Of a stretch of 64,000 nucleotides of DNA, positions 12,009-23,322 are shown piece by piece. Position 1 is the stretch's first letter. Each line of letters begins with the position of its first letter. The notes beneath the pieces are model-generated. The model was not told the DNA's origin. It saw only the letters and a program-made list of their open reading frames with translations, and searched no databases. The position numbers and the translations under genes are program-made. The stretch is from positions 1-64,000 of the forward strand of contig CBFFRP010000239.1 in assembly GCA_965644295.1 (NCBI GenBank), written 5' to 3'. This stretch comes from Paraphysomonas bandaiensis (lineage: Eukaryota > Protista > Chrysophyceae).

Positions 12009-15000
12009 TTACACATCTCGCAGAAACAATTTTCTTGCTTCCATATCATACATCCATTCAAGTAACTCAGAAAGCCCAATATGAATGCGGCTTGTACTCG
12101 AATGCTTACCGTACCTTCGAATATCCGCCGATGACATGAATTTTCCTGCAGTATTATCAGTCATTCGTAAAAGATGTGCTGACTGTATGAGGTCCTTAAG
12201 CACATTCCATGGGAGATGTTTCCACATTCCACCCCTATTTCTACCACCATGTAGAACTGACCCCACAAATTTCCAGTATTCAGGTTTACGGAACACATGA
12301 TCAACATGCTCTACACAAGGTGATTCTGGAGGAGCCCCGACCCAGGAAAACAACAAAATGGGGAGTTTATAACTACCCACGTTCGAATTAGGTCGCACTT
12401 TTGAGCTTCCTCCAGAGGTCGGAGTGGAAGCCAATCTGATATTAGGTGCACCAGAACATTTCTTTGGCTTCCTGAAATCTAATTCGGTATCGGCTTCGTT
12501 CTGCAAATCAAAACTACTTTCACTACACTCAGAGCTAGCCTCTTCGTCTTCATCTTCACCTTCATCACTCTCCGTTTCACTGACACATTCTGAAACTGAA
12601 CACTTACTTGACATATCTGCAACTGATATAGAGGGGTTAGAACTTAGCATGCCGACAACACTGCGAAAGGTTTGTTGCACGCCATTGACATGGTAACTGA
12701 GTTTGCAGCCAAATGCAATTCTATAAGCTCGTGGTATATCTTTTGATAAAAGTGAACCAGCGGGGGAAGACCGAATCAGATATACCAAACGGTCGTAGTC
12801 ATCTACGGAAGAATCAATCACGTTCGTAAACGTCTTTACTCCCTTTCTTCCACGCTTAGACAAATGTGAGGATGCGATTCGCTGGGCGGCATCATACGCA
12901 ATGCCTGATAGTGTTTGTTCTTGTTCCATGCAGAAGGATTTCATCGATGAAGGCATGGAGTCCAATACGGCCTGTTCGTGGACGGGATCCCCTGTACAAA
13001 AACTCAATTAACAGCAGTTAGAAAAACGAGCGTATGCGACTGATATAGTAACTATACTATAAATACTAATGTTCACAAAGGTGAGTAAAAGAGGCCTACC
13101 ATATCCAAATATCATCCCTTCTATATCGGCATTCCAACAAAATATTCCTACACTCCTGAGCTGCTGACGCAACAATGCTGAACGAATTACAATATTCATG
13201 TCACAGTCTGAAATAATATTCTCAATGGTATCACTGACACTAGAATATATATCAACAGACGGGTCCTCAAGACCGCCATTTAATGCGTTAGCTCTATTTA
13301 TGTACGTCTGGAGTTCGGATGCCATATCCTGAAGTTTTTGTGTCAACTCATCGTCCTTTCCCTGATGTCTTCGAAACGAGTTCAACGCATCAAATATTTC
13401 CTGAGCAGAGTGGTCCGATGACTCTGAAAGAAGGCGCTGACTACCTGTCGATCCGAATGAATTACTGGAAATAGTTTTTCTTCGATCGCATAGAAAACGA
13501 TATATTGGGCTCGAGCGCCAGAGCTTAATACTCAAAGAATTGTTATGTTTCACCCCTGATATAGTTGGCATAACCTGGTCGTAATCAACAACAATACCAT
13601 ATGGTATACCAAGCGCGTCAGCGATGCTAACGACTCGTGACATTTCACCTGTACCATGCATAATCGCTATCTCCCTGTTGATATACGATGACAATGGAAA
13701 GAATAGATTTCACATTTTACCATGTTGCACTCGTAGCTAGGTGTTTTAAGGCTTCGATAACACGATAGTCCGACGGTCCTTCGAAGAAAAACACCCCAGT
13801 AGCAAAAACTAGCCGAGATAGTGCAGGGTCCAATATTTTCAGAATATCACTTTCTCGAATAACCCCGTCGTGCAGTCGACATACACGGGTTACTACTTTT
13901 CCTCGTGGGTGGTCGTGCTGGCAAGAATTAGTAAAAGATTCATAGGTAACAATTCGTCTCCGGAAGCAGTAAATACAAGGTAGTGCATCCTCTGTGACAA
14001 ACTCTGTTGAATTCGTTACAACCAGAATAGACCCAGGGAAACGTTGTTGTTTATTGCTCATGCAAGACTCATGATAAAGTGACTTCGATATCCACAGTGC
14101 AAGAGCTTTCTGTTGAGGGGGATGAAGAGAGAACCCTGGTGAGTCCAATAGCACCGTGTCAGCGGAAGTCCCATGCAAAGCACAAAGAACCATCAGTAGC
14201 TCCTGGTACCCACCACCTGCGCTTTTGATGCTCAGTTGCAACCCAGGTGTAATATCAACGCCTAGTATACCACCGTGCATCAGTCTAAGAAAATGAGCAT
14301 CTTGACCCATAATACCCTTCATACCCTCCTGAATGCGCTGAATAGCAAGCATATTCGCCTGGCTGGCGCTTTTCATTAGCATTTCTACCATGCTATGTAC
14401 ATTATGTTGTGATACACTCTTGTACATTCCAGAGACTGCCGGACCACGTTCCTGGGAAAGTATACACACACTGCGAAGTAGCAGCCGACGCAACACATGT
14501 GTGATGCCTCGCACACCTGGAATTTGACACTGTATCGGCCGTGAAGTCATATGCGACTCAGTTGTCATGAGTAAACGTGTACACCAGCTCCGCACATCTG
14601 CGAGCGAGTTCGTTGCCGGGTTTCTACCAGTCAGTAGAGGGGCCGTGAACCCACAGTTAACTAAACATATTCCTCCTCCTGTAGTGCGCTGCCAATGTGT
14701 TGGGCACGTCAAATTTGCATATATATCCTGAAAATTGCATTGCCGTCAATGGACATCAATGTTTGTAAGTATGTGCATTTTACCATAGAACTGGAAGACA
14801 TAGAATTCTGTGAGGCTGCTGACTTCCGAGAAGATTTTTTAGCCTCGTGATCTATATGTGGAAAACCGTAACGAAGACCTTCTTCAATTTTACTCCAGAC
14901 CTCAAGGGAGAGTGCAGGAGCAAGTGACACCTCATTGAAAACCAGTATCTTCTGGGAATCAGTCTCGCAGAGTGCTATTCGAAGGGCACGTATCTCGTCT

Positions 15001-15761
15001 TCCAAGGTCACCGGAGGGGGAATAGTTGAAGTTATTTTGTTCGCCACACCGCTGTGAAGCCGTTTCAACACTTCGGTTGCACCATCGTCATCGCATAGAA
15101 TCTGCTGAAATACCACAGCAGCAGTATCCCTTTCTTCTGTGTGCGCATAGTAAACAGCCGATGTGTAAGGTTTCTTGGTACTATAGACGCTCAATAGCAC
15201 ACTTTCTAGTAGCTCCCAAAACAGTTTTACACGGCGTGAAGTTCCACACTGCTGACACCGCAATTTACGGAACAGTGGGCAGTCGTCGATGCCATATTCT
15301 TCTTCTGCATCTTCAGGGAATACTTCCATATTAGAAAATTTTAAAGATGTATCAATAACATCTTGTTCTTCAAGTACTGCTAATAGATCACATACTTGTG
15401 GGTCCTGCATCAGTAAAGAGAGTATCGCAGTTAACCTCCATTTAGCAAATACTTCAACTTCATCTGGAGCTAAAGAAAATCGTAGTGATGCAATACAGTG
15501 TGTCTGAGGCTCCCATATAGAGTCTACTTGTTCCCAGTGCAGCTTTACATTAACGCCAGTGCCATGAACTAGAAAAAACTCAACTAGTTTTAAAATATTA
15601 GATTTTCCCGTCCCATTAGCTGCAAAACCAGTAGTTTATATACTATAAAGGTGAATATAAGCCATACCTCCCACACATATAACGCGATTATTAATATACT
15701 CTATAATAGTGGTTTGCTCGAATCCATAGAAGCCAGAGGCAGATATGGACACTAGTTTCAT
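12009..15761 (-). CDS. OLD-family ABC-type ATPase + TOPRIM nuclease with a C-terminal LOTUS/OST-HTH-like domain; 5 exons, ~1164 aa
   Basis: Exons 15761-15668, 15619-14784, 14727-13721, 13674-13100 and 12991-12009 join in frame through GT-AG introns. Motifs: MKLVSISASGFYGF start typical of SMC/OLD ATPases, Walker A VGANGTGKSNIL, signature-like SAGGGYQELL, Walker B/D-loop VLLDSPGFSLHPPQQKAL, H-loop ILVVTNSTEF, TOPRIM LVFATGVFFFEGPSD, ALGIPYGIVVDYD, GIFCWNADIEG. Confidence 0.85.
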
Positions 15762-16171
15762 TACAACTATCTTCTCAGTGAATCCTCAGACGTGTTCTAG
15801 TTTCAGCTTAGAAGGTTATGAGGTAGATATGAATGAATCATATATATCTAATAGTGATATCAATGCCACTCAATCATACGATACTTTTCATACATTACAC
15901 AACACATCTGAATCATATCATCTCTGTATACGAAGTGAACTCGAAGTGAGGAAACACAAGGATGCGATTGGTTAATACATAAAAGTGTGTTATATAAAGT
16001 GTTTTTGTTTAGATCCTGCTGCATCTCAAGTCCAACAAAAAACCTCAACTTCAAACCTCAACAACAGCAGTAGTACGTCGTAGAAAACTGATATAAAATG
16101 CATGACAAAACCCCGATTTTTTCTCTATATTACAATTTTTATATTTCGTTGTCATGTGACAAAATCTTTGG

Positions 16172-16179
16172 TTTATATA
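16172..16179 (+). promoter_or_regulatory. TATA-like element ~25-30 bp upstream of the 5S rRNA gene
   Basis: TTTATATA at the position typical of upstream elements of Pol III 5S genes. Confidence 0.4.
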
Positions 16180-16201
16180 CACAATATTATGTTTGACTGA
16201 T

Positions 16202-16320
16202 ATGGACGGTCATACAATGCAAACCGCACCCGCTCTCGTTCCGCTCGCGGAAGTTAAGTTGCATCTGGCCCGGTTAGTAGTACGGTGGGTGACCACGTGC
16301 GAAGTCCGGGTACTGTCCGT
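16202..16320 (+). rRNA. 5S ribosomal RNA gene (single copy in window)
   Basis: ~119 nt. The 5' ATGGACGG pairs with the 3' CTGTCCGT (helix I). Conserved 5S segments CATAC, GAAGTTAAG and GGTTAGTAGTACGGTGGGTGACCAC are present, followed by a T-run terminator. Confidence 0.93.
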
Positions 16321-16332
16321 TTTTGTCTTTTT
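16320..16332 (+). terminator. Pol III T-run terminator of 5S gene
   Basis: TTTTTGTCTTTTT immediately after helix I. Confidence 0.7.
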
Positions 16333-16479
16333 GCATAAAAAAAATGGCTAAGGCCAGAAAAACGACAACAGTAACATATAGAAACACACGTAAAGGTTCA
16401 CTCCTTTAAGTGCTGATACACAGTGACCATTACAGATGATTGAGACATGAATATCTTCCTAACAAGTAGTCGACATGAC

Positions 16480-17930
16480 GGGCTTATGTATTTATTTGAT
16501 GAAGCTGACCGGAGGGTGGAGTTAGTTCATCGCTATTGTAAAGAAAATCCGAAAGAATTACGCGATTACAAGAAGCCGCAGATGTGAGCTCATGATAGAA
16601 TGGAGAGGCATCGACAGTAGATGAAGCAGAAGAAATCATGAAGGAGAAGTCTAGAAATAGACCCGACTTAAATTTTTGTCGGGAAGGTGCGGAAAAGTGC
16701 ATTTCTCAGCTACCTCCGGAGGAATAAGGTGTCTCTTCAGAATGACTCCATCTCTCTTCTCTACGATAGAAGAGAAAGTAATCATGTACCTGGAGAGTGA
16801 AGTTGATGCTTCTAGTCGTGGAAAGAAGCGTATCCCTGTAAGGTACTTATTAATTGGAGTGATAAGATGATTAGCGGGTGGCTCTCCACATGATCTTGTG
16901 TGGTCTACACGCATCTACTAATATTAACTTAAATTTGCTTTTTTCGCAAATTGAGATGGGTAGTACTGGATGCGCTATTGGACTGCTTCCATGAAGAGGT
17001 TGTTCGTCTACCAACCACTGAGGACGAGAGAACCAAACTTAGTGACGGCTTGTAGGACTATCCACTTACATATAGAATATATACGTGTACATGTCCTGTA
17101 TTATATAGTCCTACAGGCTTCGCAACCAAAATGAAGATGGATGGGTGTCTCGGTGGAATTGATGGGTTACTTGTTCATATCAAACTCCCAGCTGGATTTC
17201 GAAATGCCCATCCTTATCGCTGTTACAAGTCGTTCTACGCTTTGAGTATGCAAGGAGTAGCTGACTACAACGGAGTGTTCTTGTACGTAAATGTAGGCCA
17301 TAAGGGTGCAACTGCGGATGGATGTGCCGTAAGGAAATCGCGATTCTGGCAGCGCTGCAAAGACGATGAATTCAAATTTTCTGAAGGGAACTTCTTTGTT
17401 GGAGATGCGGCATACAGCCTGATGCCTTGGTTAATGTGTCCATTTGAAGGGGCACATGGAGTCAATACCCGAGAAGATGTATTCAATCTTTATTTATCCA
17501 TAGGTCATCGAAAGAGCTTTCAAAATGATGATCAGTAGGTAATGCGTAGTAATATACGTTATAGTGTTACTTATAGTAGTACTGACTAGATGGCGCATTC
17601 TTGTAGCACCTCTAGAGCGTCTTACCATCAGAGTTATGGTGAAAATTATTAAAGTCTGTTGCTTGCTACATAATCTATGTCTGAGAGAGAGATTATCGAC
17701 AGGTAGTTGTAAATCAGGCGCATCCATTCCGCCCAGACTGTTCAAAGAATGTTGTCGTGCCAAAACTTAGATTGCATATAGATAGCTACGACCTCTGGGA
17801 GTGTCGAGCAGAATGAAAAAGCAGAAGAGTAGCATTAGGTATGAGAGATAGATTTGCTACTGATTTACATGCTACTGGTGCTGAACGTAATAAAGTTCGT
17901 GGAAGTAGAAGAGTGCTGCGTATCAAGTGT
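16480..17930 (+). mobile_element. PIF/Harbinger (DDE_Tnp_4) transposase pseudogene with spliceosomal introns
   Basis: LFRMTPSLF...GVIR*LAGGS (premature stop), GCLGGIDGLLVHI, YRCYKSFYALSMQGVAD, GHKGATADG, FFVGDAAY, FNLYLS then a frameshift to VIERAF, and an intron joining SR|WRIL. All three DDE motifs are recognisable. TIRs not identified. Confidence 0.85.
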
Positions 17931-18182
17931 AATAAATAAATTTATTTATTAACCATTTGAAGTTATTTTGGCATCATTAGATCATTTCATTTCCTTATTT
18001 GAATGCATTTCACTTAAGCACTTATAACTCATCGTCTGAGTGAATTTCGAAATTCTCAACAATGGATGGACCCAATACAGCCATCCACCAACTCACTTTG
18101 GTCGGCATTCGTCATTAATAGCCGAGTCAGAGCAGGTATCAACCACCTCACTTCGCTTGTAGGAGATACCCAACGTTGCGTC

Positions 18183-18636
18183 GCTTTCGCTCCCTCTAAA
18201 GGAGTCTCTTCTGCACTTTACTGCAGACGGAGTTTCGTAAGGGGTTCCAGGCGTTCGAGGAGGTTTACTGTAGTTTGTTTCCTCATAGTGTACCAACTCT
18301 TGCATTTTTGAAACAGTTTTCTCAGATGCTTCTCGTTCACATCTGGAGATAAAAAAGACGCCGAGGACAGCAAGGTCCGGGTAAAATCAACGAGCGATCA
18401 CGCCACATAATCACTACGTCCACTTTTCTTTCTAATCAGACCGTCTTGCTGTCCTCGGCGTCGTTTTTATCTCCAGATGAGAAAGAGAAGCATCTGAGAA
18501 AACTGTTTTCAGAAATGCAAGAGTTGGTACACTACGAGGAAACAAACTACAGTAAACCTCCTCGCACGCCTGGAACCCCGTACGAAACTCCGTCTGCAAA
18601 AAAGCGCAGAAGAGACTCCTTTAGAGGAAGAGAAGC
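18183..18636. repeat. ~190-bp inverted repeat (arms 18183-18374 and 18445-18636, ~70-bp spacer)
   Basis: The arms are near reverse complements. Both encode MQELVHYEETNYSKPPRTPGTPYETPSA on opposite strands. Confidence 0.92.
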
Positions 18637-20185
18637 ATCGGTCCTCTCATAGCCTGTGCCGAATCCAGCAGAGTCTCAGTATCTGTCTTGGATTGCTTTC
18701 TCTTGGCTGGCATATAGTACAGATATAGAGTGGAGTATGTATATTTGTGGGGAACTATATAGTAGATATATAGCGACCAGGTAGCATGTCTGCCACGCCT
18801 GGTCGTCCAAGATTCGGCCTGGTCTAGAAAATGCCGGGCCAGGTCCAGAATTTCTTGGACATGAAAACTGTGCGTGTGTGAGCTTTTTTTTGTATGGAAA
18901 TCAATGGGATGACCTGGTCTGAATAAAGACCGCAAACATGCTGTTTTTATATCCTAAAAAACCGTATTTTTGTGCCTAAAAGTGAGAAAAGATCCTCTTT
19001 GTTGTACTGCTGATCTCTCATTAAAAGATATCGTCATGATGGAATATGCACCTAGCAAATGGGAGTAAAACGAGGAGTTAGTCACGGTGCATGTACTACG
19101 ACTGTGACACATGCCCAGTTAGTAGAACACGTGCAACGCGAAGTATTGGCAATGGTATTGTGAGTTTAGTATGTATGCTTCGTTGAAGAATGCATCACAG
19201 TCCAATATGATTTTGCATTACCTAAAGTTGCTAGTGTGATTCTATTTAGTTGGTGAAAAGTGTTTTAGCAAGTCATATGGTTCCTAGAATTCAAGATTGA
19301 ATTTATCTAGCAGTAGAGATGTATCCCTGCAGTGCATAGATATAGTAGCAACAATGGCGGTTTACCATTGACCTTGACATTGTGAATATTGCTGAATGAA
19401 CGGCGATTTAAAACATTCCCTCTGCCTGATGACATACATATTCTCTTCTACTTAGAATGAGATGGGCAACGGATTAGTATTTAAGCTGCTCACAAGTCAG
19501 AGTAGTGAGTATGACGTCCATTGTTGTGGCGTAGTTTGTTGATCATTCTTGCATAAGTTGAACAGGCATTAAAAGAGGCTAATATCTAAGTATTTTTGAA
19601 ATTACTGGTGATCAGGGATAGAGAACAATATATTCAACATATTGTAAGATACCTTCGCAGAAACGCAAAACAATACTGGTATAGTGGTTTTCGCCGGTCG
19701 GACAATCAATATTTTAACAATCAATATATTGTTTCCTAGCTCTGATTGCGATTATAAGCAATTGTATACTTTCCCAATAAATTACTAATTTCTCACTACT
19801 GCAACATTATCGACCAAACCTTATGATTTCCTTCTGATTACAATATGTTAACTTACATAACACATATTCTGCGTTCTGCGATAACTTGCTCAACTAGGCA
19901 ATACGACTAGAGGGATTAGAAGCTGAGTAGTATTAAAAAAGCTTAATTTTTCTTTTCTGTTAGCGGTAAAAGAAAAGGCTATATTGAATTGTTTGTGTGA
20001 TAACCCGTCTTCCGCCTCAAGCAACAGTTAAAGACTTCTATATCGTAGGGATGGTTTTTGACCTGACAAAACTCTCACCATACTCTTAAAAACATTACCG
20101 CGACAATACAGCATGCTTAACTTAAATATACGTATAATATGTCTATTGAAATTATTATATTTCCTGCATCATAAATGTGACATTA

Positions 20186-20742
20186 CTATGTAAGTCCACT
20201 CTCATTATGTACAATGGTGTCTATTGCGTCACTGATAGATGTCGGAAATGGAGTCGGTCTCCTTGTTTTAGCGTCAACAAAAACATGTACAAAATGCCCT
20301 CGAGCAGAAATATTTTCTTTGTTTTGTTCAAACAGCCCAACTTCGTATTTTATCGACGATTTACCTTTATAGGTTATGCATAGTCCTGCTTCCACAACGC
20401 AAGGGAATTCTAACGGCGCATAGAAGTTGCACCCACTCTCTACACATAAGCCGATTTCAGTAGATTCAGAAGGATTTAACCCTCCTTTATGTATCAGGAA
20501 ATGATTAATCACTGTATCAAAGTATGAATAATACTACAAAATGCTGTGAATAAGGAAGAACACTGCACGACTGCACGAATGTTTACCTCAGTGTTGTTGA
20601 CATGACCATACATATCGTTGTCTTTCCATCTTGTTTGAATGGGAAGCCAGTACTTGTACCTGCTACGATCACCTTTACTCGTTGTCAGTAATGTCCGAAT
20701 GCCTCTTCTGTTAATGTTGCAAATATGACGAGATGAGAGCAT
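20186..20742 (-). CDS. Hotdog-fold acyl-CoA thioesterase (4HBT/YbgC-like), likely mitochondrial, 2 exons
   Basis: IQTRWKDNDMYGHVNNTE|YYSYFDTVINHFL...GKSSIKYEVGLF...GHFVHVFVD; Arg-rich N-terminal extension. Confidence 0.9.
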
Positions 20743-21335
20743 GTCACGGGGATAAGTTTATAGTTCAAGAATGAGACTCAATAGAATTTCACACTGTACC
20801 TTAAATGCTAATTGTACCAGATAACTTATGCAATTGCAGACTGATCTGTGCATTGGGTGCAGTGGATCATGCGTAATGCATGTATGTATCTATAGTCTAA
20901 TAGGCATAGGCATCCATCTCGCACAGTGAATAAAATACCGTACAGTATTTAGAATACCGTTGTGTATATATATGTATGGTATATATGTATGTACAGCAGT
21001 ACAGTGTAGTATAGTACGCACATAGAAGTACAGCAGCATCTCCAACTCGTCGATGTACACATAAGTACAGGCAGCAGTGTGGATGGTATGCTCTACATGG
21101 TATGGCTGTAAGGAACCCTCATTAAAGTATTCCATTCCATCAAATCACCCACCAACACAGTCATTCACCTACCTCTACATGACACATATCTCAATACACA
21201 TATTCTCTAACTGTCAGTGCATAACACAGCAGTAGCATCCACATACCCACTCCTATATCTAGCTGTAGAGGGTCCTGTAGATATCACACAGCTATGACCG
21301 TCCACATCACAATACAGTAACACACTTATATTAAA

Positions 21336-23322
21336 ATGAGTAAGAAACTTATACAACAAATACATAATTTACCTCATATTAACAGCAAACTATCAATAGT
21401 TAGTAACACCTTCGATCTAACAGTACATAATCGTCCATGGAATCACTATACATACTCACTCATACCATTTCCAGTCATACTATCCATATGTGGGATATTA
21501 CTGATAATCACTCTTGCTATCATACTATGCATGCGATACAGATACCCCATCACACGATGTCTTCCTCGTGTAACTGAAGAGTTCATTGATTCGTCGCTTT
21601 TATTACAGTCACCAAAAAAAAATTTACAATATAAAAAAGTTTTAAATTATAGAAAAAAAACGTTTCGTATACTCATATGTTGTCTTGCTGCTGCAATGAT
21701 ATGCAATCAAGGAATTTATATCGGATCTTATCGTTTTGAAAAAGGTTTCGAAATTGCTGATGATGCGCTGGACTATATGGAAGATGTGTTCACAGATATG
21801 ATGACTGAGGGATATGGTTTAGAATCTGCTGGCCAGACGATTGGTATGTAGTTTGCTTTGCAGTGGTGTTTATTGAAGTATAGCGTGAACTCATGCGATA
21901 TAAAAGTTGCGACTATGTCTATATTCGGATTTGTAACATGGGTTGTCACAGCATCGTATATAGCAGAAGCCACTCCCTCATGCCCGGAGGTTTCAAACAC
22001 AATACCATTTCTGTCTGCATATCAAAGTGCAATAGATGAGTATTTGGACTACGTTGAGCCCTTGGCACACAGGTTAGACGAATATGAGGCGCAATTTTCG
22101 AATTGACACTTCAACTGTTATACATATAGATGCAAAAAATTTGAAGACTACTTGTATCGTGTGGCTCGAAAGATGCGCAGCCGGGTGGTGTGGTTGGTAT
22201 ATGGGATAGCATGGGCCGCTGCAGCAATTCTCGCAATGGCCCATTGCACTCGTAGTAAAGCAGCTCTAAAATTTAGTGCCGCTGTGAGTGGGGGATTTAT
22301 TGTGGCGATGATAGGGGTACTTGGGGTGGAGCTATTTGTCATGGTGTGTATTTTTAGTCGACAGTTATTTGTATGCCTCTACGATACATGCACATTTTTC
22401 TCATTTAAATTTTCTTTTTCGCGTGCAGATGTTGGTGGCAGACTTTTGCATGGATCCCACTGACAATGCTCTTGGCTTGGTAGAGACTGCGTACTTTAAT
22501 ATGACAAAATATTACGCCACCTGTGAAGGTACTAATCCTATCGCTGAACCTCTGGGAGAGGCTCTGGTATCTTTAGAAGTTATAAATGTGACAGTTACCG
22601 GTTTATCTTCTGAAGGTGCGCCGTGCGAAAACAACCCTTACTTGGCCGCTTGCTCGCAGTCGATAGGCTATGCAGTTGGAAACTTGACTGAATTAAGCAG
22701 CAGTGCTCAGTGCCTTCCTGTCCAGGAGCAGTGGGAAGACCTGTTCGATGATGCAATATGTACAGAAGGGTTTCATGGGACGTACTATATCTGGGTTGCG
22801 CAGCTGTGTACATTAGTTGTGTTGTTTGCAGCAATCGTTGTAGCCAGCATTGCATATCAATACTACGGATCTAAGTGGCAAACCGGTACTGCGATACCAT
22901 ATTACTGTGTTATCTGTAATTCATTGGTAGTCAGGAGATAAAAGTGTATTATAGCATGCTTTTATATTTGTCCATGTCATCCATAACTTATAATTGTTGC
23001 AGGAGAGGGTGATCACCTTGACAGTGAAAGCGACGATGAATTTTTTTCCAAGCAGGCAATTAATCCTAACAGGTCCAATAGTCGCTATAACTCCCGTCTG
23101 GTAGACGAACCTGGGTTTTTGTTTATAAATGACGATCGAGAATCATTTGTGATAACTGAGGATGAAGAACTATCTGAACCACTGGTGCATCAGTATAGCG
23201 TAGACGCGGAATCCGATGATACACAGGAGGATCAGAAGCGGTATAGATTTGGCAGTAAAAGTGCCACTGTTGAGCATATGCCCTATAGCGAAGGTTCCAA
23301 ATTTTCAAGATATTTAATATAG
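21336..23322 (+). CDS. Tweety-family (TTYH-like) multi-pass membrane protein, multi-exon
   Basis: N-terminal HNLPHIN..VSNTFD..Y.YSL, five hydrophobic segments, and the Tweety-like Cys motif ADFCMDP...YYATCEGTNP. Confidence 0.75.

Noticed and set aside
12009-15761. Bacterial contamination, or four separate genes/pseudogene fragments, as explanation for the OLD-like locus
   Set aside because: All four breaks are bridged by canonical GT-AG introns that preserve frame, and the flanks are eukaryotic (CEP104, Copia, eukaryotic-type 5S).
16345-18920. Harbinger TIRs (TAAGGCCAG at ~16349; CCTGGTC motifs at 18800-18920)
   Set aside because: No convincing matched pair with a 3-bp TSD could be read.
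19958-20105. Possible small element with ends TGTTAGCGGTAA...TTACCGCGACA
   Set aside because: The inverted ends are imperfect, there is no TSD and no second copy in the window.
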